A stretch of DNA of 64,000 nt from Eledone cirrhosa (lineage: Eukaryota): NCBI GenBank assembly GCA_964016885.1, contig OZ024742.1:28024001-28088000 (forward strand), in the 5' to 3' direction. The position numbers and the translations under genes are program-made. The notes under the pieces are model-generated. The model did no database searches, was not told the origin of the DNA, and saw only the letters and a list, made by a program, of their open reading frames with translations. Position 1 is the stretch's first letter; each line of letters begins with the position of its first letter. Shown here piece after piece: positions 1 through 16,150 of the stretch.

Positions 1-843
1 CATTTATGCAGGGAACATTCCCCATCCACTAAAAAAAAAAATCAAAAATAGGAATAATGCTGGTTTAACCCACCCTACAACACAAATGACTTGACCGATA
101 TTACCAGCAACATCCTATCTTTAGTAAGACACTTTCAATGTAAGCAATATATATGTGTGTGTATATCATCATCATTGCATTCATATTCCACTTTATATGC
201 TGGCAGGACATTTGAGGCAGTACTTTATTGCCAGATTCCCTGCATGATGCCAAACCATTTAGCTACCCATTACAACATGCAGAACTACAGTGTGCCTATT
301 TTAAAACCTGGGATACATGCAGTTATATATAAAAATATATGTGCGTGCCTATCTGTATTTATCTATAGACATTTCAAATGATGCATCAAATTGCATCCCA
401 TTATGCTGAAAGATAACTTAGCTATTCAATAGAGATCGATAAACATGTACCAGACTGGAATAAGTACTGGGGTTGATACTAAACACTGTCTTACATAAAC
501 AGAATATCACACACACACACACGTAAATACATTTCTTTCGCTCTTACTCTCTCTCCATATATACAGAAATACATATACATATGTATAGAAGTATATATGA
601 ATATATATATATATATATATATATATGAATACATATATATATATATATATGAATACATTTATATACAAGTACATATGCATACATATATATATTTATAAAT
701 ATATATATATATGTGTGTTTGTGTATATATACACATACACATACATAAAAACATAGATGTACACATACACTGAAAAGTTGCACACAAAAAATAAATATCA
801 TTTAACATATATACATATCTTTTAAAATCTCTCTGTTGTATGC

Positions 844-920
<77 letters not shown>

Positions 921-1303
921 CATATTTATATATATATATATATGTATATACATATACATATTTATATATATTATATGTATACGTGTATGTGTCTGTAAGT
1001 ATATAAGACACGTCCAAAGTCTGCAGACAGAACCACCACCCATTCATAAATCCGCAAAATGTAAACATATTTAGTGCTGGTATGAAAGAATGTTCTGAGC
1101 AGTATACATGGGAGAGGAGAGGAGCTAAAGGAATGGAAACAAGATTGATATCAGAGAAGCAGCATTTTTGCATCTCTTTTGAATATTATGTCTGATATAA
1201 GCAATGTTATTATATTTCCTCTTGTCTCGTGTTTAGTATAATACCATGTATTTGTGTATACATTCACACATACATGTATGTATTTCTGCATATATATATA
1301 TAT

Positions 1304-1494
1304 AACAAAGGAAATGTGGTAAGGAACCAGATGGAGCATAACGCACCAGAGTACTCAATACTTAGTGTAGTAGAGTGGGAAATAGAAAAAAGTATGACCC
1401 CGACGGCAGAGCTTAAGCCGTTTCGATGGGTATTTCTGCACTCAGAAATAGCCGTCGAAACGGGTTGAGCTCTGCCGTCGGGGTCATACTTTTT

Positions 1495-1499
<5 letters not shown>
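1304..1499 (-). mobile_element. Fold-back PLE pLTR-like remnant (family A) in (TA)n, with the 3' half of a hammerhead
   Basis: 1382-1499 is a near-perfect hairpin centred at ~1440. The arm reads GAAA-cggg-ttgagctct-gccg-TC-gggg (1457-1483). Homologous to 4987-5177 and 48807-48988; (TA)n on both sides. Confidence 0.7.
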
Positions 1500-1581
<82 letters not shown>

Positions 1582-1582
<1 letters not shown>

Positions 1583-3300
1583 AGAGAGTATTGAAGTTTG
1601 CTTGAAGCGTTGTGGAATAATAAGTAAATAACTATAAGTCGTTTGGAAGCCTCGACAATGCAAATGGGTAAATCTCCGAGTAACAAGATCCGGTGGTGGA
1701 GAGAGAGATGTACGTGGGTGTACGTTGAGATGCGTGGTGTGTATAAGATGTGTAAGATGTGTAGAAGAATGAAGGGACGCGTATAAAGGATAAAATAAAA
1801 ATAAAAATAACAACACGAGAGAGAGTTACCTTGGGAGAGATTTAATAGTCCCTATATATTTCGGATTCACATCCATCAACTGGCGGTTTTTTCCGGGGTG
1901 GGAGAAAGGTTGTCTGTCGGACAGGCGCGGAACGCTTCCTCCGCTGTTTGTTGTTTTGAATATCTGAGGTATTCGGCAGAGCACGCGTGCGCGTGAAATG
2001 GGGTCGGTCGGGCAGAGGTCAGCGGCCGAATGAAGGAATGAGGTGGCGCTAGCTGTCAGTCCATTCTCTGCCTGTTTGTTAAATGTTACTGTGTGTGTGT
2101 GTGCGTGTGTTGTTGTCTCGCTTGAGTGTGTGTGTGTGTGCGTGTGTTGTTGCCTTGTTCCTCTGTATTAGCAGTGTAGTATGTTCGTATGGTGAAATGC
2201 TACTGTGTGTGTGTGCGTGTGTGTGTGTGTAGTTGTCTCGTTTGTGTGTGTGTGTGTGTGTGTGTGCGTGTGTTGTGTGTTGCTGCATCGTTTGTTAACT
2301 TAAACCAGCCATTTCATTTCGCTTCTCTCTAATCGGTTGTTTATTTGCGGTTGCAGAGGTTTGATAAAGAGCGCTTCCTTGATACGTCACGTGCCGACAT
2401 TTCTTTCAGTCGCTAGAATTGTGACAATGGGCCTTCCGTCTTTGTTTCCGCATTTGTCTATGTGTTTCCGGAAAGACGAGGCCCTGGTTTTAGTGTGTTC
2501 CTTGATTCGGATGTGCAAAGGTCGGATTGTGCTATCTATGTAATATTGGTTGTACCTGTCACATTCTATCTTATACACGACGTATGTGCGTAGGCAACAG
2601 TTCGCATGGCGTATCGGGCAGTCTCTGAGGGAGCATGCGTCAGTAGATTTCCCGGGTTTCCTGGAGAGGCATCTTCGCAGGGAGGGGCCCGAGTGGGCCA
2701 GGTGGATGTCGAGGCCCTCCCTCCGTATAGCCTTGCGGATAGCGTTGGTGGTATTCTCGCCCAGGTGTGGCATTTTAAGGAAGCACTTGCCTTGGGTGCC
2801 TCTCTGTCTCTTGTGTCTGGTGTCTCCTATTCTGTCTGTGATCGAGGTAGGGTACACGTTCGTCTCCACCCCCACTCCGAGGTAGGGTACCCATTCGTCG
2901 CCACCCCACTCCCTCATTCGGCCGCTGACCTCTGCCCGACCGACCCCATTTCACGCGCACGCGCGCTCTGCCGAATACCTCAAATATTCAAAACAACAAA
3001 CAGCGGAGGACGCGTTCCGCACCCGTCCGACAGACAACCTTTCCCCCACCCCGGAAAAAAAACCCAGTTGATGGATGTGAATCCGAAATATATAGGGACA
3101 ATTAAATCTCTCCCAAGGTAACTCTCTTTGTGTTGTTATTTTTATTTTATCCTTTTACTCTTCCCTTCTTTCTTCTATACATTTACACATCTTTACACAC
3201 CACGCATCTCAACGTACACCCACTTACATCTCTCTCTCCACCACCGGATCTTGTTACCCGGAGATTTACCCATTTGCATTGTCGAGGCTTCCAAACTACT
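1582..3300 (-). mobile_element. 5'-truncated Penelope-like retroelement with an inverted 5' pLTR
   Basis: ~400-bp inverted arms (~1640-2048 vs ~2899-3296) flank a GIY-YIG coding remnant. Both ends abut (TA)n. Confidence 0.85.
2300..2890 (-). pseudogene. PLE C-terminal Cys-rich linker plus GIY-YIG endonuclease fragment
   Basis: The translation CSLRDC...VVYKIECDRYNQYYIDSTIRPLHIRIKEH...FRKH continues past an in-frame TGA (2387-2389) as RIKEALFIKPLQPQINNR to a TAA at 2300-2302. Confidence 0.85.
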
Positions 3301-3310
3301 TAAAGATATT

Positions 3311-3347
<37 letters not shown>

Positions 3348-3387
3348 GATATTAACAAATGGAAACTATATTTATAAAACCATAATT

Positions 3388-3450
3388 ATTATATTATACA
3401 TATTTCAAGGATACCATGTTAAATTATGGTATGCCTTCATCAGACAAAAT
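3388..3450 (-). ncRNA. Hammerhead ribozyme motif (partly decayed helix I) in a fold-back element at ~3345-3622
   Basis: Minus strand: attttgt-CTGATGA-aggcataccat(aatttaac)atggtatcctt-GAAA-tatgta-TA-atataat. The arms 3345-3435 and 3530-3622 are inverted. Confidence 0.65.
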
Positions 3451-3699
3451 ACAATATATACCAGTTTTATAAATAAACATTGACGTACCCTTTCAAAATG
3501 CAACCGTTACGTTTGGAAGACATCAGGATAGGCATACCATAATTTAACATGGTATCCTTGAAATATGTATAAGAAAATAAATATGGTTTTATAAATATAG
3601 TTTCCATTTGTTAATATCGTATATTTACTCCAAATACTTGTCGAGTGCTTTATATCAGTTATAAAAATATTTGCTTGTTGTATCCCAACAATTTAAATA

Positions 3700-4355
<656 letters not shown>

Positions 4356-4562
4356 TATAAATATAAATATATATATAAATATATAAATATATATATATAT
4401 ATAAATATAAATATATATATATAAATATATATATATGTAGGAGGTGAGTTTTATTGTAGTACAATAAAGCAATGCAGATATCGGATAAGAAGCACTCTAC
4501 AGTTTGTAGGACTGGAGTATAAATAATATATAAGATCAAAAGATGGTTAAAAGAGTTCCATG

Positions 4563-4633
4563 TATTTTATTATGCGCATTTCAAAAACAAATATCATCAT
4601 GCAATAACATTTGCGTTTTCGTCAGATAAAATA
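4563..4633 (-). ncRNA. Type-I hammerhead ribozyme, mirror copy of 4763-4833
   Basis: Reverse complement of the plus-strand motif at 4763-4833. Confidence 0.85.
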
Positions 4634-4762
4634 GGGAGACATGATATGAAGGTTAAAACACACTTGTGAATAGTGCAGTTTTAAATCAACATCAAATCAT
4701 GATCTGTTGATTTAAAACTGCACTATTCACAAGTGTGTTTTAACCTTCATATCATGTCTCCC

Positions 4763-4833
4763 TATTTTATCTGACGAAAACGCAAATGTTATTGCATGAT
4801 GATATTTGTTTTTGAAATGCGCATAATAAAATA
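4763..4833 (+). ncRNA. Type-I hammerhead ribozyme with palindromic helix III
   Basis: tattttat-CTGACGA(4771-4777)-aaac...gtttt-t-GAAA(4814-4817)-tgcgca-TA-ataaaata. It has an 8-bp helix I and an ATGCGCAT palindrome; predicted cleavage is after 4825. Confidence 0.85.
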
Positions 4834-4933
4834 CATGGAACTCTTTTAACCATCTTTTGATCTTAAATATTAAATATATATATATATATATATATATAAA
4901 TATATATATATATAAATATATATATATATAAAT

Positions 4934-4980
<47 letters not shown>

Positions 4981-4986
4981 TATATA

Positions 4987-5177
4987 TAGGAAAAAGTATG
5001 ACCCTGACAGCAGAGCTCAAGCCGTTTCGATGGCTATTTCTGGACCCAGAAATAGCCGTTGAAACGGCTTGAGCTCTGCCGTCGGGGTCATACTATTTCC
5101 TATTACTCACTCTACTACCATAAGTATTGAGTACTCTGGTGCGTTATGGTCCATCTGGTTCCTTACCACAATTCCTT
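4987..5177 (+). mobile_element. Fold-back PLE pLTR-like remnant (family A) with the 3' half of a hammerhead
   Basis: Hairpin centred at ~5044. GAAA(5061-5064)-cggc-ttgagctct-gccg-TC(5082-5083); tattgagtact at 5125-5135. Confidence 0.7.
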
Positions 5178-5357
5178 AAATATAAATATATATATATATA
5201 AATACATATATATAAATATAAATATATATATATTTATAAATATATATATATATATATAAATATATATATATTTATAAATATATATATATATATATAAATA
5301 TATATATATATAAATATATATATATAAATATATATAAATATATATATATAAATATAT

Positions 5358-5390
<33 letters not shown>

Positions 5391-5397
5391 TATAAAT

Positions 5398-6321
<924 letters not shown>

Positions 6322-6323
<2 letters not shown>

Positions 6324-6518
6324 CAGAGCAAACAGCACGGACATCTATCTCGAAATTATTTTTGAAAAGCATTTAGAAATGCGCTACTGGTAAAAACTTA
6401 AAAACTTAAAACCACAACTGAATACTAACCCATACAATCACTAATACTCTTTTATTCCTAATTAAACCATTTTTCAACTGTGAACAATTTGTCAGCATTT
6501 TCTATTCCGTTTACCAAT
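6322..6518 (+). mobile_element. Solo 3'-end fragment of the PLE family at 10768-13426
   Basis: Aligns by eye with 13240-13426 (...gtgaacaatttgtcagcattttctattccgtttaccaat). Confidence 0.8.
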
Positions 6519-6585
6519 ATATATAAATATATATATATATATGTAGATAAATCTACCAAGAGTTTACGGTAGTGTCCAATCCGTA

Positions 6586-7830
<1,245 letters not shown>

Positions 7831-7835
7831 AATAT

Positions 7836-7888
<53 letters not shown>

Positions 7889-7913
7889 TGTAATAAACAA
7901 CATAAGGCAATTA

Positions 7914-7974
7914 TTTCATTTACCAGTGGTTTCTTAAAAGAAAAAAAAATTTGCGTTCAATCATCAGAATGAAA
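7914..7974 (-). ncRNA. Type-I hammerhead ribozyme
   Basis: Minus strand: tttcatt-CTGATGA-ttga...ttaa-GAAA-ccactgg-TA-aatgaaa. It has a 7-bp helix I and a GUA triplet. Confidence 0.85.
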
Positions 7975-8265
7975 AAATCCTGACGTATTTATTGACGTTG
8001 GATTTTACAAACAAAAATGCAATCTATATGAAAGTGAGGCTGGAAAAGGAAGAAGGAAAGGAAAAATAAAATAAAAACACACATGCAAACACACACACAC
8101 ACACATAAGTATATACATACACATATATATATACATACACACATACATACACACAAACATATATACACACACACACACATATATATGTGTATATATATAC
8201 ATACACATACATACATACACACATGAATATCAACATATCCATACATACACATACATATATACAAC

Positions 8266-8337
<72 letters not shown>

Positions 8338-8821
8338 CATACATATACATACACATACATACATACACACAATCATACGTATATACACACATACATACAT
8401 ACACACATATATACACGCATACATATGCATGCACAAAAATAGAAACATATAGACACACCTCTACATACTCACACACACACAAATAAATATGAGAAAAAAT
8501 ATATAATAATAAAAAAACATAAAAATGAATATAAAGACTATTATAATGTTGACAGTGATACAGGCAACAAATAAATGAACAAACACGCGTTGTAAGCAAT
8601 ACACACAAATGCAAGTACACATACATACGTAAAAATAAATACATACGCACACTCTCACACATAAATATACATATACAAATTCATAAACACATACATACGC
8701 ATACACAAATACATGCACACACAAACATATACATATATACACACACATACATATACATATATATATATATATATATTATATAAAATATAAACAAAGAAGG
8801 CTTCAATTCATCAAAAATCTT

Positions 8822-8872
8822 TATTTGCTGACAATGTTTCGTCCCATTAATAAGGACTCATCACAGCAAGTA
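8822..8872 (-). ncRNA. Hammerhead motif with a C3->G substitution, inside an element with inverted ends (~8780-9220)
   Basis: Minus strand: ttgct-GTGATGA-gtcc(ttattaatg)ggac-GAAA-cattg-TC-agcaa. The ends 8781-8821 and 9178-9220 are inverted. Confidence 0.65.
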
Positions 8873-9320
8873 AAAAGACAAGAAGTATTAACGGCCAAAA
8901 CAAGCCAAAACTCAGAAGAAGAGCTAATGGATATTTATGAAAATTTGGGAAAATTATCATGGAAAGATATGCTAAATCTAATAGGGTGCATTTGTAAATA
9001 AGGACTATAGGGCAAGAGAGCAGGTAAGACATTAAACAAACCCACGTTAGAAGTACAATGTAAGTCTGATACTAGAAATACAACATGGTAATACAATGTG
9101 AGAATTATAATTTACAAAACAATACAATAGATAATACAGAAATAAAACTTAATATATATATATATACATCCACACTCAGATTTTTGATGAATTGAAGGCT
9201 TCTTTGTTTATTTTTTATATAATTTTTCGGCTCTGTTGGATAACATTGAGCTATATCTTATACTGTCATTTCTCTAATACGACGAGTGTGTTTAACTCTA
9301 ATGCACTCAAGTATTTTTAT

Positions 9321-9364
<44 letters not shown>

Positions 9365-9506
9365 TATATATATACACATACATACATAACCATACAAATA
9401 TACACATACATATCACAAACACGTACATACAAATACAAACACACACACATATATATGTGTGTAAAACTCATTCTTAGATAATTCATAGGAACCTTATTTA
9501 ACTCTG

Positions 9507-9575
<69 letters not shown>

Positions 9576-9672
9576 TATACATACATACTCACATACACAT
9601 ATATACCTACACACACATATATACATACACATACGTATGCATACACACACACGCATATACATATGTAACTCA

Positions 9673-9704
<32 letters not shown>

Positions 9705-10235
9705 AAGAACAATTATTATATATATATATATAAAAAATAAATATTGTATATATAAAAAAATATTGTATATATAAAAATAAAAATGAAAATAAAAAGTTGG
9801 GAATATGACAAATAATAAATAAAAAAAATATATATTTAGAAAAAGGGTATAAATGCTTATAGCAGATTTAGAGCACTCAACAAGTTCCTGGAGCAAAAGA
9901 CCAATGAAAATAATCATTAAATCACTATATGTAATGATGCATGTACATACCCCCTTATACATATATACATACACACACACACATACACATATAAATACAT
10001 ACACACACACACACAAAAACACAACCACTGGTAAATGAAATAATTGCCTTATGTTGTTTATTACATAACTATTATATATATATATATAAATATAAAAGAG
10101 TCAGATTTATCAGAGTCAGATATATATAAATATATATATATATAAATATATATATATATTTTCGGCTCTGTTGGATAACATTGAGCTATATCTTATGCTG
10201 TCATTTCTCTAATACGACGAGTGTGTTTAACTCTA

Positions 10236-10270
<35 letters not shown>

Positions 10271-10560
10271 TGCCAATATACTTTGTTTTTATTGATTTAT
10301 TATTTTAAATCGAGAAGGGCAAACTATATTATTATAATTAGTATTTTTCAATCTAGCTGACTTAGTCATTTACAATACAAACATGGATATGTTGGTATTT
10401 GTGTTTATCAAATATATTAATTTATATTAACTTGTATATATATATATACAAATATATATATATAAATATATAAATATATATGTATAAATAAATATAAATA
10501 TATAAATATATATATATAAATATATAAATATATATATATAAATATATAAATATATATATA

Positions 10561-10736
<176 letters not shown>

Positions 10737-11529
10737 GAATAGAGGTGTAACACACAAGTTATTATATATTGGTAAACGGAATAGAAAATGCTGACAAATT
10801 GTTCACAGTAAAAAATAGTTTAATTAGGAATAAGTGAGAATTAGTAATTGTATTGGTTAGTATTCAGTTTTGGTTTTAAGTTTTACTGGTTGCGCATTTC
10901 TAATGCTTTTCTAAAATAATTTTGAGATAGAGCGTCCGTGATGTTTGCTCTGATATGATTAGTTTTGGGAATTCTACCTGTTTTTATGTTAAAAAAGTGG
11001 CTCCAGCGGTATTAAAATAAGTTTTGCGCTAATTCGTGTTGCAAAAATTCTTGTGGTCAAAACAATTTTGATTGGTCGGTAGAGGTCATGTGAATGTAAA
11101 AAATTGATTTTTCGCCAAATGTAGGTTTGTGTCGGCTGACTGAGAAATGACTCTTTCACAACAAATATGTGTGTGTGTGTGTGTAGTAGTAGTAAAGTGT
11201 TCGTTGTTGTGATAATGGTTAGCAGGGATGTGTGTGCGAACCGCAGCCTGTTGACAGTTCAAATGCCTATCAAGACAAGTGTGTGTGTGTATGTCTCTTT
11301 GTATGTTAATGTACGCGTGTGTATGTGTGTGTGTATATATCTGTGTGTGTGTGTGAGAATGTGTGGGTGTGTGTGGGTTGACCAGTATTTTTTCCTGGTA
11401 AAATGGTGTACATTATTCGATATTTTCAGTAAAATCGATTCTCTCAATAGAACATCAAAAACCTTAATAATAAAAGGTGTGAAATGATATATAGTATTGG
11501 CATAATACCAAGGTGTGTGTGAGTGTGTG

Positions 11530-11905
11530 TGTGTGTGTCCAGATTGTACGTACTGAAAGGTGGATCTCTTAGGCCTTGCCGTATTGGAATACCTGTGCAC
11601 AAATATGTATCTGGAGTGTGTCCAGAAATTGTATACCTGTGCACAAATTGTATACTTGTGCACAAATTGTACACATGTATCTGGAGTGTGTCCAGAAATT
11701 GTATACCTGTGTACAAATATGTATCTGGAGTGTGTCCAGATTGTAAGGCCTTGTCGTATTGGAATACCTGGGCACAATTATGTATCTGGAGTGTGTCCAG
11801 AAATTGTATACCTGTGTACAAATATGTATCTGGAGTGTGTCCAGATTGCACGTACTGCAAGGGGAATTCATTAGGCTTTGCCGTATTGGAATACCTGTGC
11901 ACAAA
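11530..11905. repeat. Irregular tandem repeat built from tatgtatctggagtgtgtccaga / aattgtatacctgtgcacaaa modules
   Basis: Five copies of tatgtatctggagtgtgtccaga or a close variant. Confidence 0.9.
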
Positions 11906-12138
11906 AATCTATGTGCCCATCAGTGTGCAATGCATGTGTGCGTTTATGTATGTGTGTGTGTCGGCACGTTTATATCTATAGACATCAAAAGGTATGCAAA
12001 TTTGTGTATATTTGTGTTGCACCATAGAACATGTGTGTTTACGTATGTCATTGTGTTTATATGTGGGTAGAGATGTGTACTGATGTAGGTATGTATGTTG
12101 ACGTGTGTATGTTGTGGGTTCGTCTTAGGGAGAAGCGT

Positions 12139-12530
12139 TTAGACGGGTCCGTATTTGTTAATAAAGTAACATTCCTTGCTGATGCGCTGGGTGTGGGTGG
12201 CATTATCTTTAAATTTGTAGAGGGGAAAGATTCTGAAGTTGGGATGATTTTGGGCGGCACAGGTATCAATGTGTTCACTCAGTGGTATTTTCTTGTATTC
12301 CCGTATTTTAATTTGGGATCTATGGACAGTCATGCGTTGGCGGTGGCTGTTTTTGGTCTGGCCTATGTATTGTTCTCGACAACCTGAGCAAGTTAATACA
12401 TATATTAGATTTTCCGATGCACATGTGAAATTGTGTTTTACTATAAAACGTTGTTCTTCTTTGAAATAGAATTCCGAACCCTCTATTAGGTTGATGCAAA
12501 TGCCACAGTTGGGTCTATCGCATTTAGGGT
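12139..12530 (-). pseudogene. PLE Cys-rich linker plus C-terminal GIY-YIG endonuclease (Neptune-like arrangement)
   Basis: CDRPNCGIC...FTCASENLIYVLTCSGCREQYIGQT...RMTVH...SEH...KECYFINKY; truncated at the inversion junction. Confidence 0.9.
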
Positions 12531-13479
12531 CACACACACCTTGGTATTATGCCAATACTATATATCATTTCACACCTTTTATTATTAAGGTTTTTGATGT
12601 TCTATTGAGAGAATCGATTTTACTGAAAATATCGAATAATGTACACCATTTTACCAGGAAAAAAATACTGGTCCCCCCCCCCCACACACATTCTCACACA
12701 TACACACACACATATATACACACACACATACACACGCGTACATTAACATACAAAGAGACATATATATACACACACACACACACACACTTCTCCGTATAAG
12801 ACAAGAGCTGAAAAATATTTTTTAACATGTTAAAATATCCTCACTCACTTACAGACACATTCCTACTGACCATCCCTCTACCAGGAATTACTCTGCTACA
12901 CACACACACTTGTCTTAATAGGCATTTGAACTGTCAACAGGCTGCGGTTCGCGCACACATCCCTGCTGACCATTATCACAACAACGAACTCTTTACTACT
13001 ACTACCACACACACACACACACACACATATTTGTTGTGAAAGAGTCATTTCTCAGTCAGCCGACACAAACCTACATTTGGCGAAAAATCAATTTTTTACA
13101 TTCACATGACCTCTACCAACCAATCAAAATTGTTTTGACCACAATAATTTTTGGAACACGAATTGGCGCAAAACTTATTTTAATACCGCTGGAGCCACTT
13201 TTTTAACATAAAAACAGGTAGAATTCCCAAAACTAATCATATCAGAGCAAACATCACGGACGCTCTATCTCAAAATTATTTTTGAAAAGCATTAGGAATG
13301 CGCAACCCGTAAAACTTAAAACCAAAACTGGATACTAACCAATACAATTACTAATTCTCACTTATTCCTAATTAAACTATTTTTCACTGTGAACAATTTG
13401 TCAGCATTTTCTATTCCGTTTACCAATATAAATATATATATATATATATTTATAAATATATATATATATAAATATATAA

Positions 13480-13530
<51 letters not shown>

Positions 13531-13569
13531 AATATATATATATAAATATATATATATATAAATATATAA

Positions 13570-13604
<35 letters not shown>

Positions 13605-13867
13605 TCGTTTCTGAATTTGTTTAGCAAGATTCTTTATCTGAAATCGTGTGTTGAAACCGATATTGTTATACTTTGGGAGGGTCATGTTGCCAATAAGAAA
13701 CACACGCACCAGATGCTTTCACTTCAATTTAATTTAATATATATTTATAAATTTACAAATTTATAAATTTCTGGTTGGTTGGTTGGTTCCACAATATATA
13801 TATATTTATAAATATATATATATATAAATATATAAATAAATATATAAATATATATATAAATATATAA

Positions 13868-13938
<71 letters not shown>

Positions 13939-14024
13939 AATATATATATATAAATATATATATATATAAATATAAATATATATATATAAATATATATATT
14001 TAAATATATAAATATATATATTTA

Positions 14025-14088
<64 letters not shown>

Positions 14089-14306
14089 TATATAAATATA
14101 TATATATAAATATATATATATAAATATATATATATAAATATATATATATAAATATATATAGAAAGATTTGAATGGATACAGTTTAGTTGAAAGGAATTTA
14201 TTGACACGTGTTTCTATAACAGTTACATAACCTAAAACAGCTGCTATCTACAAACTTTTAGTTATGCAGACATTCAATATTTCAATGTTGTTATTTACTG
14301 TCATTT

Positions 14307-14424
<118 letters not shown>

Positions 14425-14452
14425 GTATATATATATACATATATATATATAT

Positions 14453-14794
14453 GGAGGCCCATGGCTTAGTGGTTAGAGCTTTGGCCTTGCAATAGAAAGG
14501 TTGTGAGTTCAATTCTCAGACCGGGTGATGTGTTGTTTCCTTGAGCAAGACACTTTATTTTACATTGCTCCAGTTTACTCAGCTGTAGAAATGAGATGAT
14601 AGGGACCCCAGTGTCGGGTCCCTATCATCCACTGTAAAGTGGTCGTGGAGGTGCCACGGCAAAAAAGCACCCAGCACTCACTGTAAATGTGGTTGGTGTT
14701 AGGAAGGTCATCCAGCAGTAGAAATCAAGCCAGAATCAGTTCCCGTTCCACCCTTGCAAGCATCGAAAAGCGGACGTAAAATGATGATGATGAT
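14453..14794 (+). mobile_element. tRNA-derived SINE with an RTE-derived 3' tail
   Basis: A-box tggcttagtgg, B-box gagttcaattc and core tccttgagcaagacacttt. The tail matches the RTE 3' UTR and ends in (GAT)n. Confidence 0.9.
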
Positions 14795-14929
14795 ATATAC
14801 ATATATATATATGATGATATATATATATATAAATGTGTGCTTTTGTATATTTCTGCAAATATATATATATGTACATAAATAGATTGATGGATAGAGAGAA
14901 AAAGCCTTGTTATACATAATACCCTGGGT

Positions 14930-16150
14930 GATCATAAATAGAACTTTAGTAACAAATCTAGTTGTAGATTAATTAACCCTGATAGAACCAAAATAGGATT
15001 AGCCACTAACAAGACATTAAGAGAGATAAATACACATATTAAGAACAATACAGTGGAAGAATACTTTTTCAGTGATATGTTGGTTTAATGATATTCCAGA
15101 GAAGTCTAAGTCCAGGTTTACACAATTCGATAAAACAGACTTTTACTCCTTCATCTCTAGTTCACTAGTGGCTAAGGCTACGTGGATTTGGTCCAATCAC
15201 TGACCAAGACACAGAAGTGATGATGCAAGAAAGATACTCTTATTTACTACCTGGGTTAAAAAATATAACACAGAAGATTCTTTGATGTATCAATGAGATC
15301 CTCTGATACTGCAGACATGTGTGATTTGTTTGGACTTTTTATCCTTCATAGAAACATTCCTCAACCACAGCATGATAATGCTTTGACAGTATAACTGCAA
15401 TGGGTATTCCCTGGATAATTCCCACAAAGAACTACTACTAACTTTTAGTAACTTAGGACTTAAATTAACAGTAGAAACTAATCTAACCAATGCCATCTCC
15501 TCAGATGTAAGCTTGGATTTAGCTACAGGAACCCATAAAACTAATAAGCCTAATGAAAAATTAATACTCCACCGATATTTAAAAATTCAGCTGTAGGATC
15601 TCCTCATCTTTTTCCAAGTAGATATTGGATAAAGCAGCCACATTCTATAATAAAGAACTCATCGATAGCAGCTTCATAGATAGAATTAAATATATAGCTA
15701 ACACTACAGGAAAACAACAGGAAAAGAAATATAATTTGGTTTAAATCCCATAATCCCTAGCACTAAAGACTAATATAGGTAAATAATTCTTAGAGGTATT
15801 AGATTAGCACTTCCCTCCTGAACATAAGTATTGAAAACATTTTCAACAGACAGTTGGTGAAGATCAACTACTCCTGTAGTACTTCCATGAAGGCAAACAT
15901 TACAAATAGAAATGAACAGGAAATCAAGAGAAGATATAGGGGTACTTACCAGAAGGAAAGTGAACATATATGTTGTGTAGAAGACAAAATGGGGGGGGGG
16001 GGCGTATTGTAATAACGGTGAGGAGAAAACAAGAACAGAAGTATAAGTTTGTTTGGCAAGGGTATCAAGAAGACATGCAACACCACCACACTACCACCAT
16101 TACCACTCAGAACAATGACCAAAGTGAATGAACAACAATAAAAATTAATC
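14930..16150 (+). pseudogene. Decayed Penelope-like reverse transcriptase
   Basis: Fragmentary translations across stops and frameshifts: SCRLINP, QFDKTDFYSFIS, WVKK, FDVSM.SSDTADMCDLFGLFIL, RKRNIIWF, HFPPEHKY, IFNRQLVKINYSC. Confidence 0.75.

Larger units (their letters stand above)
4440..4866 (-). mobile_element. Fold-back hammerhead element with ~160-bp inverted arms
   Basis: 4529-4691 is the reverse complement of 4705-4865. Flanked by (TA)n. Confidence 0.8.
7884..10071 (-). mobile_element. PLE-type element with a ~48-bp inverted end and a microsatellite-rich body
   Basis: 7884-7931 is the reverse complement of 10024-10071. A hammerhead lies at 7914-7974, and the terminus gttgtttattacataa is shared with the 22.3-22.7 kb family. 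Confidence 0.6.
10768..13426 (-). mobile_element. 5'-truncated Penelope-like element with a ~760-900 bp inverted 5' pLTR
   Basis: 10768-11521 is the reverse complement of 12531-13426 (the right arm has an extra ~110 bp). The arms flank a GIY-YIG ORF remnant and both ends lie in (TA)n. Confidence 0.85.

Noticed and set aside
1000-1124. Possible minus-strand exon after tttccattcctttag
   Set aside because: No convincing donor and no recognisable protein.
2387-2389. In-frame TGA in the GIY-YIG ORF as possible selenocysteine (known in Naiad PLEs)
   Set aside because: It is not at a Cys position and is better explained by CGA->TGA decay. I identified no SECIS, and the endonuclease is C-terminal, unlike Naiads.
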